From Moniliella sp. 'wahieum' (taxonomy: Eukaryota): a DNA stretch of 64,000 bases. How positions within the stretch are numbered: position 1 is the stretch's first letter; each line of letters begins with the position of its first letter. Positions 1 to 12,299 of this stretch are shown here, in pieces. The stretch covers positions 620,001-684,000 of the forward strand of contig RSEE01000017.1 in assembly GCA_003971905.1 (NCBI GenBank), read 5' to 3'. The position numbers and the translations under genes are program-made. The notes under the pieces are model-generated. The model ran no database searches. It saw only the letters and a program-made list of their open reading frames with translations, and was not told the origin of the DNA.

Positions 1-2158
1 CGTCGGGCTACGTGGGTAGCGGTAGCCAGGGGTAGCGAATTTTTGTAAGGGAGGGAAACCTGGGTCTACGAAAGACGGGGCAGAGATGAAGCGTGAGGAG
101 CGAAAAGGTTGGACGGTGGGCAGTGGACGGTGGACGTTTGGAAGACACGGGTTGGACCTTAAACGGTTTGCGCTCAACGTCATCCACCTTGAACTAAACC
201 TTGACCGCTGTGGACCTCGAGGGGATGAACTTCGACTTCGAGATTACCACAGGTGCGAGCACCACTGCAAGCAAGTCGCTTGGCCGCGGACGTATACAGC
301 TTCACAAGCGCAAGCACTCCGACCCGACATGCTTCCCTCCGCTCCTACATTCCATCCTTCCATACTGACTGATGCATGCAGGCAGATGCCTCTCCGTGGC
401 CACCTGCCCTGCTCTCGAAAACCATGATGTTGTTGCCTGGTACGCTGGGCCGGGGAACAGTTGGCCTGAAGGTAGGGAAACGGTCTAAGCCGGGGCCATG
501 ACAAGTCATTGGGGGAACCGGGGTGTTGGAGACTGGGAAAGGAAGTGCCCGTCCAAGCCCAGGACAAAAGGACGAAAGGGGGTCGTTGGGTTTTTGGTTT
601 AGAATCACACACCACACTGTTATGCTGTCCCTCGGCCCACACGTCCCCCCCTACCCGTCCGGTTCCCATTCGCCTCTTTTCCCGCGGCTGACACGCGGGA
701 TGTACCAACGCAGATCCCGGTACAGATGAAACAAGATGACTGCGGTGCGGGAGATGAGGTGTGGATTGCCCCTCCCTCTCTCGACTCACACACTCTCTCT
801 TTCTCAGTTTCTCCTCCTGGAACCATCACCGACGGTTGGCGCTTGCCTTTTCCCACTTGGCCCACACACAGAGCCCCAAAAACGATTGTCACCTGAATTC
901 AACGGTAACAAACTGCACCGATGACTCTCGCACCTTGGCTCACACGCCACCACTCAAATAATAGGCAGCGCGGCGTATCCGCTTGCACCACACGGCTGCG
1001 TAGTGCCCCACCCAGCTGATGGATCATATGGTACGCCGAGGCCTAGGGCAGTTGTTTGCGAAGTCTCTCTTCTTTTGTGTAGCCAACAGGACGCCGATCG
1101 GGGTGCGCTTCCTGCTGGGCCACAGTAAAGGTCCGAGAGGGAATTATAGGGGGGGGGGGGGGGTTCCATATCTCGTGTATTAGTGCCCACTGATCAAGTC
1201 ATTTGCCCAAGCCATTTTGGCTCAAGCTCTTGAGCAATGGCATCATGGGCGTGGGTGGAGAACTCTGGCCGCACGCTTACTTAGTACACAATGGTCACTC
1301 TTGGGTGTACTATAGCAAACACAAAAGCGAAAGAGAAGGAGATTGTCGGTGGTCGGACCGTGGCATGCCATGATAGTAACTAAGGGTGGCGAGAGGCAAC
1401 CAGAGGCCAACCGAATAGGCGACAATGGCGAACAAACAGAGCAAGCGCAGCCGTCTCACGCCGTTGTGAAAATGGGAACAACGAACGGATCCGTGGTCCC
1501 AGAGGACCCATCAAATGATAAGCTCAACGAAGAGCCCCATCTCTCTCAAAAAGGGGCCCGACTGGACCGCGCATTCAAAGCTGTTGCCATTGAAGACGCC
1601 CCTTGGTTGACTTTAGCCTTCTCTCTTTCATTTGGGTGCCGTGCATGGGACAGTTTAAGTGCGGGGACCAGCGCCAGGAGCGCGGACGGTTGTCATTCTC
1701 ATCATCGGGGCGAAGGCGAGATGGACACGAAGTATACTCAACACTTAGATTTTACTACTACTACTACTATTAACTATACCCTGTTTTCACACCCCCTCAG
1801 CAGTCGTCATCAGTTGGGCGCACCCCTGTATGCTGCGGCAATTTGACCTGCCCAAGCCAAGCCCCAACGGCTGCGCAGCCGACTGATGTGGCGGAACGGG
1901 CGGGGCGGAGGTGTCGTGTGGCAGTGGAATTTTCGGATCGATTGCCCGCTCATCTCAGAGAGGCGCGGGTGTCAGGCCAGAAAGCTGGAAGTGGTGACGC
2001 ACTGGGGAGGAGGCGGATATCTGGAAAACCACCACCAGAGAGAGGGCAGGCATGGATTTGTATTGACTGGGCACTAAGGACGCATGTTGCGACCGGGGGG
2101 CGCACTGGGTTTCTTTGTCTCCCTTGCTAGTGCTCCCCCTCAAAAAGCAAAAACAATG

Positions 2159-2253
2159 TCTCCCCTCTGGGAGTCGAACCCAGGACATTCAGAGCGGAGT
2201 AACTCCACGTGACCAATTACAATCTGACGCTCTTCCAACTGAGCTAAGGAGAG
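2159..2253 (-). tRNA. tRNA-Tyr(GUA) with 22-nt canonical intron (2195-2216)
   Basis: Minus strand folds as a cloverleaf: acceptor CTCTCCT/AGGGGAG, D arm GCTC..GAGC, anticodon stem TCAGA/TCTGA with loop TT-GTA-A, T arm CTGGG-TTCGACT-CCCAG. C1-G72 and A73 are Tyr identity elements. T-runs (Pol III terminator) follow downstream. Confidence 0.93.
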
Positions 2254-2674
2254 GCTTAGTTCTGCAGGCGTTCGAATGAAACAAGACAGCCCGACGCCAC
2301 AGATGCAAGACAATAGCGTGTATTATGTGGAGGGGGACCTTAGATCATATGGCAAGCCGATCTCTCCCTCTCAGGGGGCCTCTGAGTGCTTAAGTCCGAC
2401 TAGTGGGGCGCCAAAGCTCCTCTCCTGTTACGAGAGGCCACGATCAGGATATGATTATTGACAAGAATAGTACAACGCTCTCGAGACGCTTGGTTAATTG
2501 TGGTTCATAAAGGTGCAAACGTGCAGTGGGGAGTATAGAGAAAATGGAGGCTGCAAGTGGAATAGACGAATGAGAGAGTAAGCGAGTGGAGGAGAGGGCA
2601 CAGTGGATGGTAATACATGTTTGGCTATACTTGGGACTGACAGCCACCTCTATTACCACGTTTTTCAATTATTA

Positions 2675-2730
2675 TACTCTAACACCTGTCCCAGCCTTAA
2701 GCTCTGCCAATGAAATGGACGTACTCTAAC
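2675..2730. repeat. 38-bp segment flanked by 9-bp direct repeats TACTCTAAC; segment recurs at 61599-61636
   Basis: TACTCTAAC at 2675-2683 and 2722-2730. CCTGTCCCAGCCTTAAGCTCTGYCAATGAAATGGACGT occurs at both loci with one mismatch. Confidence 0.85.
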
Positions 2731-4107
2731 TCTGCTGTTCTCATCATTTCGTCTCTCGTCTCTCTCTCTTTCCTCAACATCCGAAAGAAGCACAGGAGGG
2801 CATTAAAAGGACCAAAGATAGTACCAACATCGCTGTCTCTCCTTACGAGCCCTATTCTGCTTCTCTCTGAAATGAGTTTTGCATTATTCCATCATGCAAT
2901 AACAGTGATCCCCACGGATCGCAACGATCCCCGTCTCCAAAAGCCGTTGCGATCTCCACTGTGGGTGTTCGATGATGCAGATCATGACCAACATCCTCTT
3001 AGCTTGATTCACACTCTGTTTGACGGAACCATGCACAACCTCTCTTGGGTAGCACAGTTACAAAATTCATGTTATCCATCAGATTAGTACACGTGCAGCA
3101 ACATCACTCATGGTACTACTAGTAGTACTAGTACTGTGGTGATCCATTTTTTGTCTTCGCTTGGGTCTGCGGTTCTTCTCCCCCTGACTTATAACCTTCT
3201 GGTTCTGACCCCAACCCAGCTAGCCAAGTTGCTCCCACGCCACGCCGGGACGATCGTCGATGCACTGTGTTGAGCCACTGCGTGGCTCTCGTGTGTTTTG
3301 GCCAACGCCCCTTTTCGGTTCCTCATCCGGCCCCGGATAGGAGTTTCGTTTTGTTTTCTCCCTCCTGGTTTTTCTTTGTTCCACAGGCTAGCACCCCCTG
3401 GTCACGACTAACTGCTTGATGTTCCTTATCGTTATTAGGTGTTGCTGGTTACAGACCATCACTACCACCAGTGCGATTACATCTCACCCTTGAGGACCAT
3501 CCGGAAGTTACAAGCCTTCCCTCATCCAGTGAGCAACGGTGATGACTCTGCACTCTCCATATTCCCATCCCCTCGCACCTTACCCATACCCAACCCCGCT
3601 CTCCCCTTCGGCGTCTTTCATAAACAATCAGCACCACTCCACCCCCTACCCCTTCACCTTTCGTACCCGGACTGAACTGACGAACATCTTCCGTCTCCTT
3701 TTCTTATAGATTGAAGGAATCACCTTGGAACAGGCTTCTTATCAGCTGACCAAATAACAACTTGGCCAATACTAAACCCTTTTTACCTTGTTCTTGAGTG
3801 ACAGACGCCGAAGGTGGCCTCCCAAGGCGTCAGTCATGCTCCCGATTTTCAGACAAGCATCTGCGTATATGTTGTGTAGACTGAATTGCATGTCACACAC
3901 TGGTGGCACCGCAGCAGCAGTGCTCTTACTTTTCCTTTCTGTAATCATATGAATGGAAGCATAGTTCTTGTGGAGCTATGTAGTGAATGCTATGACTTTA
4001 AGGCATCCATTCCCAGTCAGCTACACAATAACGTACTCAATCTCAACCCCGCGATTCTCATCCCTTGACCAGAAATCGTGAGATTGGTCGGTGATCCTCT
4101 TTAAGTG

Positions 4108-4337
4108 TGTTGACCAGGGTCCTATGGGCCAGCCACCTCTCCGCGGCACTCCTGACCATCTTACTCATCCGGGCACCACGCCAGCATCCCTCTTCCCTGG
4201 CCTAGTGGCACTCCCCTTCTTCTCCTTCTTCTCCTTCTTCTGATCCTCAGTCTGGGTTCAACCCACAGCTCCTGTCTTCTCTCTACCACTGCCTAACTAC
4301 ACTTAGGATATCGCTGGGTAGTAACCAGGATAATTAA
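4108..4337. repeat. Dispersed repeat, copy 1 (short CTT tract); copy 2 at 60382-60804
   Basis: Read-by-eye alignment of TGTTGACCAGGGTC..GGCCTAGTG, a CTT tract, then TGATCCTCAGTCTGGGTTCAACCCACAGCTCCTGTCTTCTCTC..AACCAGGAT.ATTAA at both loci. Confidence 0.92.
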
Positions 4338-4869
4338 AGTGGGTCTCCGGGATCGGTCTTTCCACAAACATCTACCGCACGTCACTTGAGTAGTCTTCAA
4401 TCCTCCTTTCCCTTGAACCGTGTTCCGATTCATCCGACCCCTTGGACTCTATCCAGACTCCACGATACGCCCTCATGTCGAGGCGAAAATGTCGTCATAT
4501 TTGATGGAGATTAGTGCCGACCTAGTCGAATATAGAACTTCTGGCGCGCGTGGCTGAAGCACGTTGGAGTTGTCATACCGGGTCGCGTACTGCTTTACTG
4601 GTTTTACTTAATCTCAATACCCGCCCCAAATTACTAAATCGGCGGACCCACAACTGAGCACATTTCATTCCTGTGGCCGCAACTTAGATGCAATGTCAAC
4701 CCCATCGGTGCTGGCAACGTTAATGTCGGGCAAGAGTTTTGGTCATGTGCGCAGACCTCGTTCTACTAACTATTCTGCATCGTAATTGCCTAACGGGTGT
4801 CAGCTGAAGATCCGACACATTCCTGTAACCCACTGACATTTCCGGTATTCTCTCTCGTATGCCATAACT

Positions 4870-7060
4870 CCTTTCAGTCAACATCTTTGACGTAGAGGGC
4901 ACAGATGGCGAGGACGACCGCACAGACGACTCTGAGACTGAAGAGTGATTTGGCGCCTATACATTCCGAAGACCTCTCAATGGCAAGCCCCAAGTCCATA
5001 TTCACCCATCGCAATACAAAAAGTACCCTCGAAGATGATTGCACAGCATTCGATGGTGCTAGAATGAGTAGTAGTATAAAATGTAATACCAATAGTAGCC
5101 CAGGAAGAGCGAGCATAGGAGGATCAGATTCGTCAGATACGTCATCCATGGGCACGTCAACGACGTCTCTGACGTTCAAGGGGGTGACGTCGGCGACATC
5201 GCTGACCTATAGGGGGATGACACCGACGACATATCTGATGTTCAGGGTGGTGACATCGACGACGTCACTGACCTGCAGCGCGCTGACAGAATTGCCTCAC
5301 CCGCGGCCAATTACTCTGACATTTTTGAAGGTATTTTATAGCATAAACATGAATGATGTCTTTTCGTGATCGGCTGTGTTCCTCATGCACGTTCTCCTCA
5401 TATTACCCGCCCACCTACCTGACCCCTTTCCTTGATCCATATCGTAGGGTGCGATCGATATTCCTGGCCATGGTGGCGGAGGATACGGGTGGGGTGTTAT
5501 CGTCGACGACTTTATCTGGCACGTTTTGGGCAACCCCCTTCCATCCAACAGGTGGTGAACCTACATTGTCCCTTAATTCGCCACTGGATTACCTGTGAGC
5601 AACCCCAGCACAGCCTCGTCGGCCCATCCAGGTGGCATGCTCAGACAATTATTCCGACTTTCGCCATGCTGGAGTCTGACAAAGAACAAGGCATCGTAAC
5701 CGAAACCACCAATCTAGGTGAAAGTGCATCCAATGGTCTCACGGTGTGCGCGATTCGCTTCTTTCCGGATCGTGCTAGCATTCTACTTGCCTCTGCTCGA
5801 CTCCCGTTGAATGATGGCAACATGTTCTTCAAGCTGCTGCCTAAACCCCCAACATTTTCCAGCGTTGTATTGTTGTACCTTACAATAGTATCCCGCCTCT
5901 TTATATGCATGGTTTCAGTGCCCGCTCATATGTCTCCACCCTTTCCCCCCAAAAGTCATGGATACACCTGGGGTCCTTGGGATCGTGTCGGCCATGCTCA
6001 TTGGTCATGAAGAATGCCTTGGTAGTAAGGGCCAACTCTTGAAGCTGTATCACGGCCCAAGCTTGTGTACTAGGAGTTGACTGTGCCGGTGATTGGATGG
6101 ACTGCCGAAGGTGCAAATGTTAATAGAGGGACGTAGAACGTAGCCACGCCGATGGATCGGGGGGGAGGAACATATACTCATCCGGGCTCGCTCCCGTCTT
6201 CGGCCCATGATTGTTTTTTACCACTTTGCCCAGAGAGGATCATTGCTTCGGACATCAACGAGAATGCAATTATCGAAACCTATGACTGTTGTCAGGTCAT
6301 GTTACACTTGGGGGAGCCGGGTCGGGCTGAGGGTTTGTTAAATTTTGTAAGGGAATCTTGTTGGTTGACATCGCTCCCAGGACCGACTGGACCCCCAGTC
6401 ACAAGTCAGCCACTTTCTTGCTTTCCGAGCGCGCGCAATTTTTTCGACGATTTATATGCAGAGGTTTTTCGTCTAGAATGACAATCAATCCTTACACTCA
6501 TCGGGACGAAGAGGGCGAGAGTCGGACTGATGACAAGCAGGACACGTATGAAACTGATTGGCGTCTCCATTATCTACAAAATGCCACAAAATGCCAGGCG
6601 CGCGTCTTCGGTGGACCCTCGCGAAACCGAAGAGTGCGATATACGGACTAGGCCCAACGAATGGAATTGAGACATTTAACGGTGGTACGCCTTCTAAAGT
6701 GAAAACACAAAGCCTCTTCAACATGCCCAAGTGCTTGGTTAACAATGTGGTACATGATCAGAGCGGCACAACATAGAATATCGAAAGTGTTTTTAGCAGA
6801 AGGGATGCGCGACGGACATGCGTTCGCCGGATTGACACAACAAAGGGTTAGCAAAGAGAACATTTACATGGTCTTCCAGGCAGCAATACGTTAACGTCTT
6901 CATGCCGAGCAGCGGACCGGTAACGTGTATCGGAAATGCTACATCAGTAATCTCCACCAAGCGCTTTCCGTAGACCACATGACAACACTCATAGACTTTG
7001 GGATATTAAATCCGACATGGAGCACACGCCTTCCTCCACCTCCGTCAAGGGGCTGATAAT
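4870..7060 (+). pseudogene. Degenerate coding remnant of unknown family, including an acidic 11-codon tandem repeat
   Basis: Frame reading DVSDVQGGDVG-DIADL*GDDTD-DISDVQGGDID-DVTDLQ, plus other protein-like stretches broken by stops (e.g. SKVFLAEGMRDGHAFAGLTQQRVSKENIYMVFQAAIR*RLHAEQ). No family recognised. Confidence 0.35.
5163..5273 (+). repeat. 33-bp-period degenerate tandem repeat, about 3.4 copies
   Basis: GACGTCTCTGACGTTCAAGGGGGTGACGTCGGC / GACATCGCTGACCTATAGGGGGATGACACCGAC / GACATATCTGATGTTCAGGGTGGTGACATCGAC / GACGTCACTGACC. Confidence 0.8.
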
Positions 7061-7199
7061 GTTTTCTGAATTGTCTAGAAGATTTGATTTAACTGCAATG
7101 CATCGTATATTCGGCACACGCTACTTCAATCTGAAAGTCACCGAGTGTGTATGCATTGAGTGGGAATAAAAAATCATCTCTGGTTTCCAGGGAACAGAG

Positions 7200-8148
7200 A
7201 TACATCAGTCCCACCAAAAGAATTAGTGAATGCCAGTAGATTTGATGAAATCTTATTGAGTAGCATGAATATAAATTTGGGTGTGGAAATTCGAGCGATG
7301 CCAGGGTGACATGAGGTATTTGGTCTACAGAGCTATAACAATGGGGACCTCAGAGTGCACAACAAAGGACAAAATGTACGATTCCAGCCTTTCCAGAAGC
7401 AACCCAGATCCTGTCACATCTGAAACCGAACACTGCATTGTTGCCCCACCGTCATCACGAGAAACAGGTGCACAACCAACATCGCTTAATAAGGGAGAAG
7501 AAGGATGGCCTTCATCCATTTCGGTCAACATGACAGGTGGTTCGATATCGTGCCTTCTCGCTGATATATTCACACAACTTACATTGCTCGGGTGTTGAAG
7601 TTTACCGCAGACCCATAACGTTTGCCACATATAGTTCTCCTGTGGTGGCGGAGGAAGTAACGCGCTGTTGCTGCTTAAATAGTGCAGCAGCGAACCGACA
7701 GATAAGGCGAACATTGTATTAGCACGGGTTAGAGCAGGTAATACAAGCCAACCGCGTGGAAGGGACCCAACGATAGCACACAATGACGGTTGCGCTCCGC
7801 TGCTGGGTTAGGCAGGGCTCTCGTCGGCTTATTTGGGGGTAACAATCGGAGGTCGGGTTGGATCAGTAGGATGCGGTGCTGGTTGGGCTCTGGCTCATCC
7901 GACTTGTGTAGAATCGAGTGTATGAAGGTGCACTGGCTCAATGTGTACCCTCTGTTGATTTGTGCATGAACGTAGAAGGCGCCAAGAAAGGTATACAGAG
8001 GGTCACTACTCAGTATCATGCCTTGTACCTGGGCTCTCTGCGAGAAAAAGGTTTGGTAAAGCACGATGGAGGAAGAACTAGCTAGAGGGGGTCATCCACA
8101 AAAAAGCAAGGCTGATAGTGTCTGCAGACTAGCGTTTGGGGGGGGGGT

Positions 8149-8184
<36 letters not shown>

Positions 8185-9920
8185 CGAAACAGCAGAGGAC
8201 TCCTTTTAAAGGACTGCCGGAAGCCGTGGCTCACAGTAAGATTTCAACAAGTATTAGCGGTACTATAGGCGCATCCGGACTATTCGAGGCGCCAAACGGC
8301 CGCTCAGCGCGATAACAATGGCCCGGCGCGCCTCCCGGCCTCTGGGTTCAGATTAATCTTCATGCAATGGCGCCGAGAGATAAGCTCCCTTGACGTTATC
8401 GAACGTGCCAAGGAAAAAACCGACTTTTGCACACCCGAGGCCCTACGGACGGTTAGTGCGGAACAACTGATGATGAAGAGGAAGAAGTCAGGTGAAAGGT
8501 GTCCTTAGGCTGATCCGCGCGAGCTATACGGCGCGTGCTTTATGCTTTACGGTTCCATAGGGAAGTACACGCCGGGAGAGAGCACTATAGTCTTACCGGT
8601 ATGGGGCGAACGCTTTCAGGCCAAGGGACAATGTGCAGGTACCTAAACCTTCTATCATAATTTTTTCTGTTCATCCGCGATTGCCTGGCGAAACAAACGG
8701 CCAGCGGGACTCTCGACAGGCGCGTCGCGATAGGAGAAGTGGGATCCGGGGGGAGCAGCCTGAACAGTAGCGGCCATGGCGTAGCCCGGGCACAGCCGGG
8801 GAGAGGGCCGAGATGCGCCAATGTTAATATCAGCAAATGAAAGAGAAAGTTCGCCACCCAGGGACAGTGGTGGACTTAGTTATGATGGCAGTGATCAGAT
8901 CATGAGTACAGGGTTATTGTAGGCCTGACCGAAGATAACATCGGAATCGGTATAGCAAGCCGCCCGGCGGCGGCGCAAGGAACACGGGGGGGGGAGGGGG
9001 ACCGGGGGATGATCTTCGTCGTCGCCCGCAGGAAGGGCTGACGCCGGAAAAGGGGACTCTTGTCATTATGGGGGGGGGGGGTCCCGAGGTGTGGGACCCC
9101 CTCCCCTGTTAGTAGTTTAGGGGTATAAACCCTTGGACAGATCAATCGGTGGCTCTCCTCGTACGTTAGGTCCTGCTCCAGATCCTGGTTGAACCGAGCG
9201 GGTGAAGAGGCTATAGGCCTGCGTGCAAGGGCCGCAGTCCACACCCTCCGAGGTATTATAGGAGCCGCGTACGTAGGTCGTTAGACCAGCTGAAGGGGTC
9301 CAGGAGCTCCGGAGTTACTCTGTTTCTCGCAGCGTTACCACACTTAGTAGTTGGTAGTATGCTGTAGCTGGCAGGAACAGACAGAGTCCTAAAGAAGAGC
9401 AAGCACTACTGATGAGAGTAACCGCGGCTTGCAGTGCACTCGACGTAAGTCGTAAATTCGTAAGCGTAAGGGTGGTAGAAGGTGGAAGGGCGAAGAGGAA
9501 CTGGTAGTCGGGGAGACCAACGGTAATAGGCAGGATGGTCGATAAGGACCACAGCTAGCAAGCCTTAGACATGGCTGCTTATATACAGCAGAAGGAACCA
9601 GGCCTCAAGTGCCTCATGACATGTATGACAGGTATAGACAGAATGCGGGGCACTTCCCAGAAAGGTAAAGACTAATGCCCAGCCCTTGCTTCCCAAGGCA
9701 CTGAGGCTGCGCAGTCGGGCGCAGCAGGAAGGGCTCTGACAAGACTGGACAATAGGCACAAAGCATCGTACCGATAAGCCCATGCGGCCATGGCGGGGCG
9801 AAGGGATGGTAATATAGAGCTGTTCGGAAGGGGAAAAGATCAGGGAGCATGCGTTTCGTCGAGGCCGTTCTTCGCCGAGTGCCAGTAGCCTGCAGCTTCT
9901 AAGCACCAAGTCCTCTGCCA
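7200..9920 (-). mobile_element. Heavily degenerate Ty1/copia-like LTR retrotransposon remnant; boundaries uncertain
   Basis: Minus-strand peptides resemble copia RT: DPLYTFLG..GYTLSQCTFIHSIL (cf. DLG.L.YFLG..GI.LSQ..YI..IL) and AIVGSL..ALTRANTMFALSVGSLLHYLSS (cf. SIVGSL.YL..TRPDIAFAV..LS.Y.S). A weaker protease-like stretch IMIEGLGTCTLSL lies near 8620-8665. A minus-strand TATATAAG near 9580 could belong to an LTR. Confidence 0.5.
8138..8184. repeat. Poly-G tract (47 nt, one T interruption)
   Basis: Directly visible. Confidence 0.95.
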
Positions 9921-10839
9921 TGTCACGACCCGGAAAAAGGCCCTGGCAATTCCGCGGCCAGGGTGCGTTGCGGCCCTCTCTAAGATCTAAGGCTCGAGAC
10001 GTGGATGGCGACGGAGTGCCGGGCGGGCTCCAGCCTCGGCCAGCCAGTCACGGAGAGGCCTGAATTCGGTCTCGCCTTCAGTCCATAGCTACGCAACACA
10101 CGCCAGCGTGTCATAGGCACTGTACTCGAGGGGAGAGACTCACACCTATCACATGTCACATGTCACTGTGATATATGGCTGTCACTCGTCACAGTGACCC
10201 TTCACCGTTGACCACGGCCGCCCTTTCATTCATGTGAGCCACAATGAGGCTACCGAGTGGCTACTGGGTGGCTAAAACCTACTAGGTACGGAGTGCGTAT
10301 CGCCTGGAACATGTCTGACATGGTTTACTCCGTACCATCAAAACCTCGCGTTCATCCGGGCGTCAACGTGCACGTTCAACGTACGTTCAACGTACTCAAC
10401 CCCTCTCAGATCTCACATCTCTCAGATCTCACATCTCACATCTCATCAATCTCATCCAAGACGGCTATTTTTTCATTAGTCTTCAAGCTTCAAGGTTCAA
10501 GCTTGAACTTCAGGCTTCAGGCCTCAGGCCTCAGGCATCTTCATTAATCATTCGCACGCTGTGATCCTATGACCCTTACAAGGGTCCATTCCGATCGGAC
10601 CTCTGGACGAAAAAAAGTGTATGGCCGCGATGGGCGGGAAGTAAGCGGCCGGGGGACAACTACGAAGTGAGCTGCCTGGGAATCCAATACACGCGCAGCA
10701 CAGTGTCATAACCGACACGATCCCTTTTCGTCTTCTCAGGCTGCTGCCTTCCTCCTCTACCGCCATCATCAGAAGTCCAACCAATGCCTCCACGGTACCA
10801 GCTATTAGGGGGGACGGTGCCTCCTCCACGGTACCTATT

Positions 10840-12299
10840 ATGCTGTTCGCCCACGAACGGGGCTCCAGGCGCTCCTCCCGTCCTCTGCGCCTGATTGTTC
10901 TCGCCCTCTCGGCAATTTGTGTAATCAGCCTGGTATCCTGGCTCGGATTCACCAACACTGGCACTAAGCAAACGCAGCAATGGTCGAGGCAGCCAAGAGT
11001 GCAGGTGGCCAAGCCACCGCCTGGGCTGGTCAGCAGTTCCAGCGTCCTCCAGCACCGGATGATGGCGTCCTTCTGTCTCTCACCCTCCTACTGCCACGGT
11101 ACAGGTTCAAGGCGGTGAGGTGAGCCCAGGCGACTGGCTCTACTCTGTCTCAGCTAGCCAGCCGCCTGCCACAATCCACGAACTCACCCAATGGGCCGAA
11201 AAGGGCAGTGATGGCAACCTCTTCCCCCCCGCCTTTATTCCTGCAGCAGCCAACAAAGCCGTCCGCGCCAAGGCCGGCTTTATTGTTCTGGTTCGTAACA
11301 AGGAGCTGAGTGACATGATGAGCTCCATGCGAGATGTGGAGGAAAAGTTCAATCGCAAGTTTGGATATCCTTGGATTTTCCTCAATGACGAGGACTTTAC
11401 CGGTCAGGTTATCTTCGATTTTGTTTTCACAAGAGGCGGACTGCCCTCCCTCAGAGATTGACTCAACTCACACGTTGCATGCAGACGAATTCAAGAAGGG
11501 TGTCCGTTCCATGACCCGCTCGGAGATCCGCTTTGGCAAAGTTGGTCCCGAACACTGGGGCTATCCTGCGTGGATCAACCAGACCAAAGCGGCTGAGACG
11601 CGGGACAGATGAAAGACATTATCTATGGCTCCTCGGAGTCGTATCGACACATGTGTCGCTTCCAGTCTGGTTTCTTTTTCAACACCCCCTTACCCTTGAT
11701 CTCGACTACTACTGGCGGGTCGAGCCAGGCATCCACCTCTACTGCGACATTGACTTTGACCCGTTCTTGTTCATGCAGATGAACAACAAAACGTATGGGT
11801 TCACAATAGCTCTGCATGAGTTTCCCGAGACGATCGCCACGTTGTGGGATGAGACGAAGAAGTTTTTGAAAAGTATCCCCAGTATCTGGCTAAAGACAAT
11901 GGACTGCACTTTATGACCGACGAGCCGGAGCGACTGCTTGAGCCGGGATACAACCTGTGCCACTTTTGGTCCAATTTTGAGATTGCTGATCTTCGATTCT
12001 GGCGAAGCGAAGCCTATCAAAGGTATTTTGATCATCTGGACCAAGCTGGTGGTTTCTTCTACGAGCGGTGGGGAGATGCCCCTGTTCATTCCATTGCCGC
12101 CATCTTATTCTTGGACCGCAGCCGCATTTATCAGTTTGATCAAATCGGGTACTTTCATGACCTACACGCATTGCCCGGCTAATCCCAAGTACCACCATCT
12201 GGCCAATGCGCATGTGACGCCAACGAGTCGTTTGATGAAGATGGCTACTCGTGCCTCAAGGAGTGGTGGCGTACTTCCGTCGAAGGAAAACCCCAATAA
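10840..12299 (+). CDS. KRE2: Alpha-1,2-mannosyltransferase, glycosyltransferase family 15 (KRE2/MNT1/KTR); intron 11403-11484; several frameshifts
   Basis: N-terminal TM segment. Motifs [61 protein letters not shown] and [18 protein letters not shown]. Ends [15 protein letters not shown]. Confidence 0.93.

Noticed and set aside
86..2130. Short ORFs at the left end
   Set aside because: No recognisable motifs, splice structure or consistent coding bias.
5163..5273. 33-bp repeats as a CRISPR array
   Set aside because: The units are contiguous and degenerate with no unique spacers, there are no cas genes, and the context is eukaryotic.
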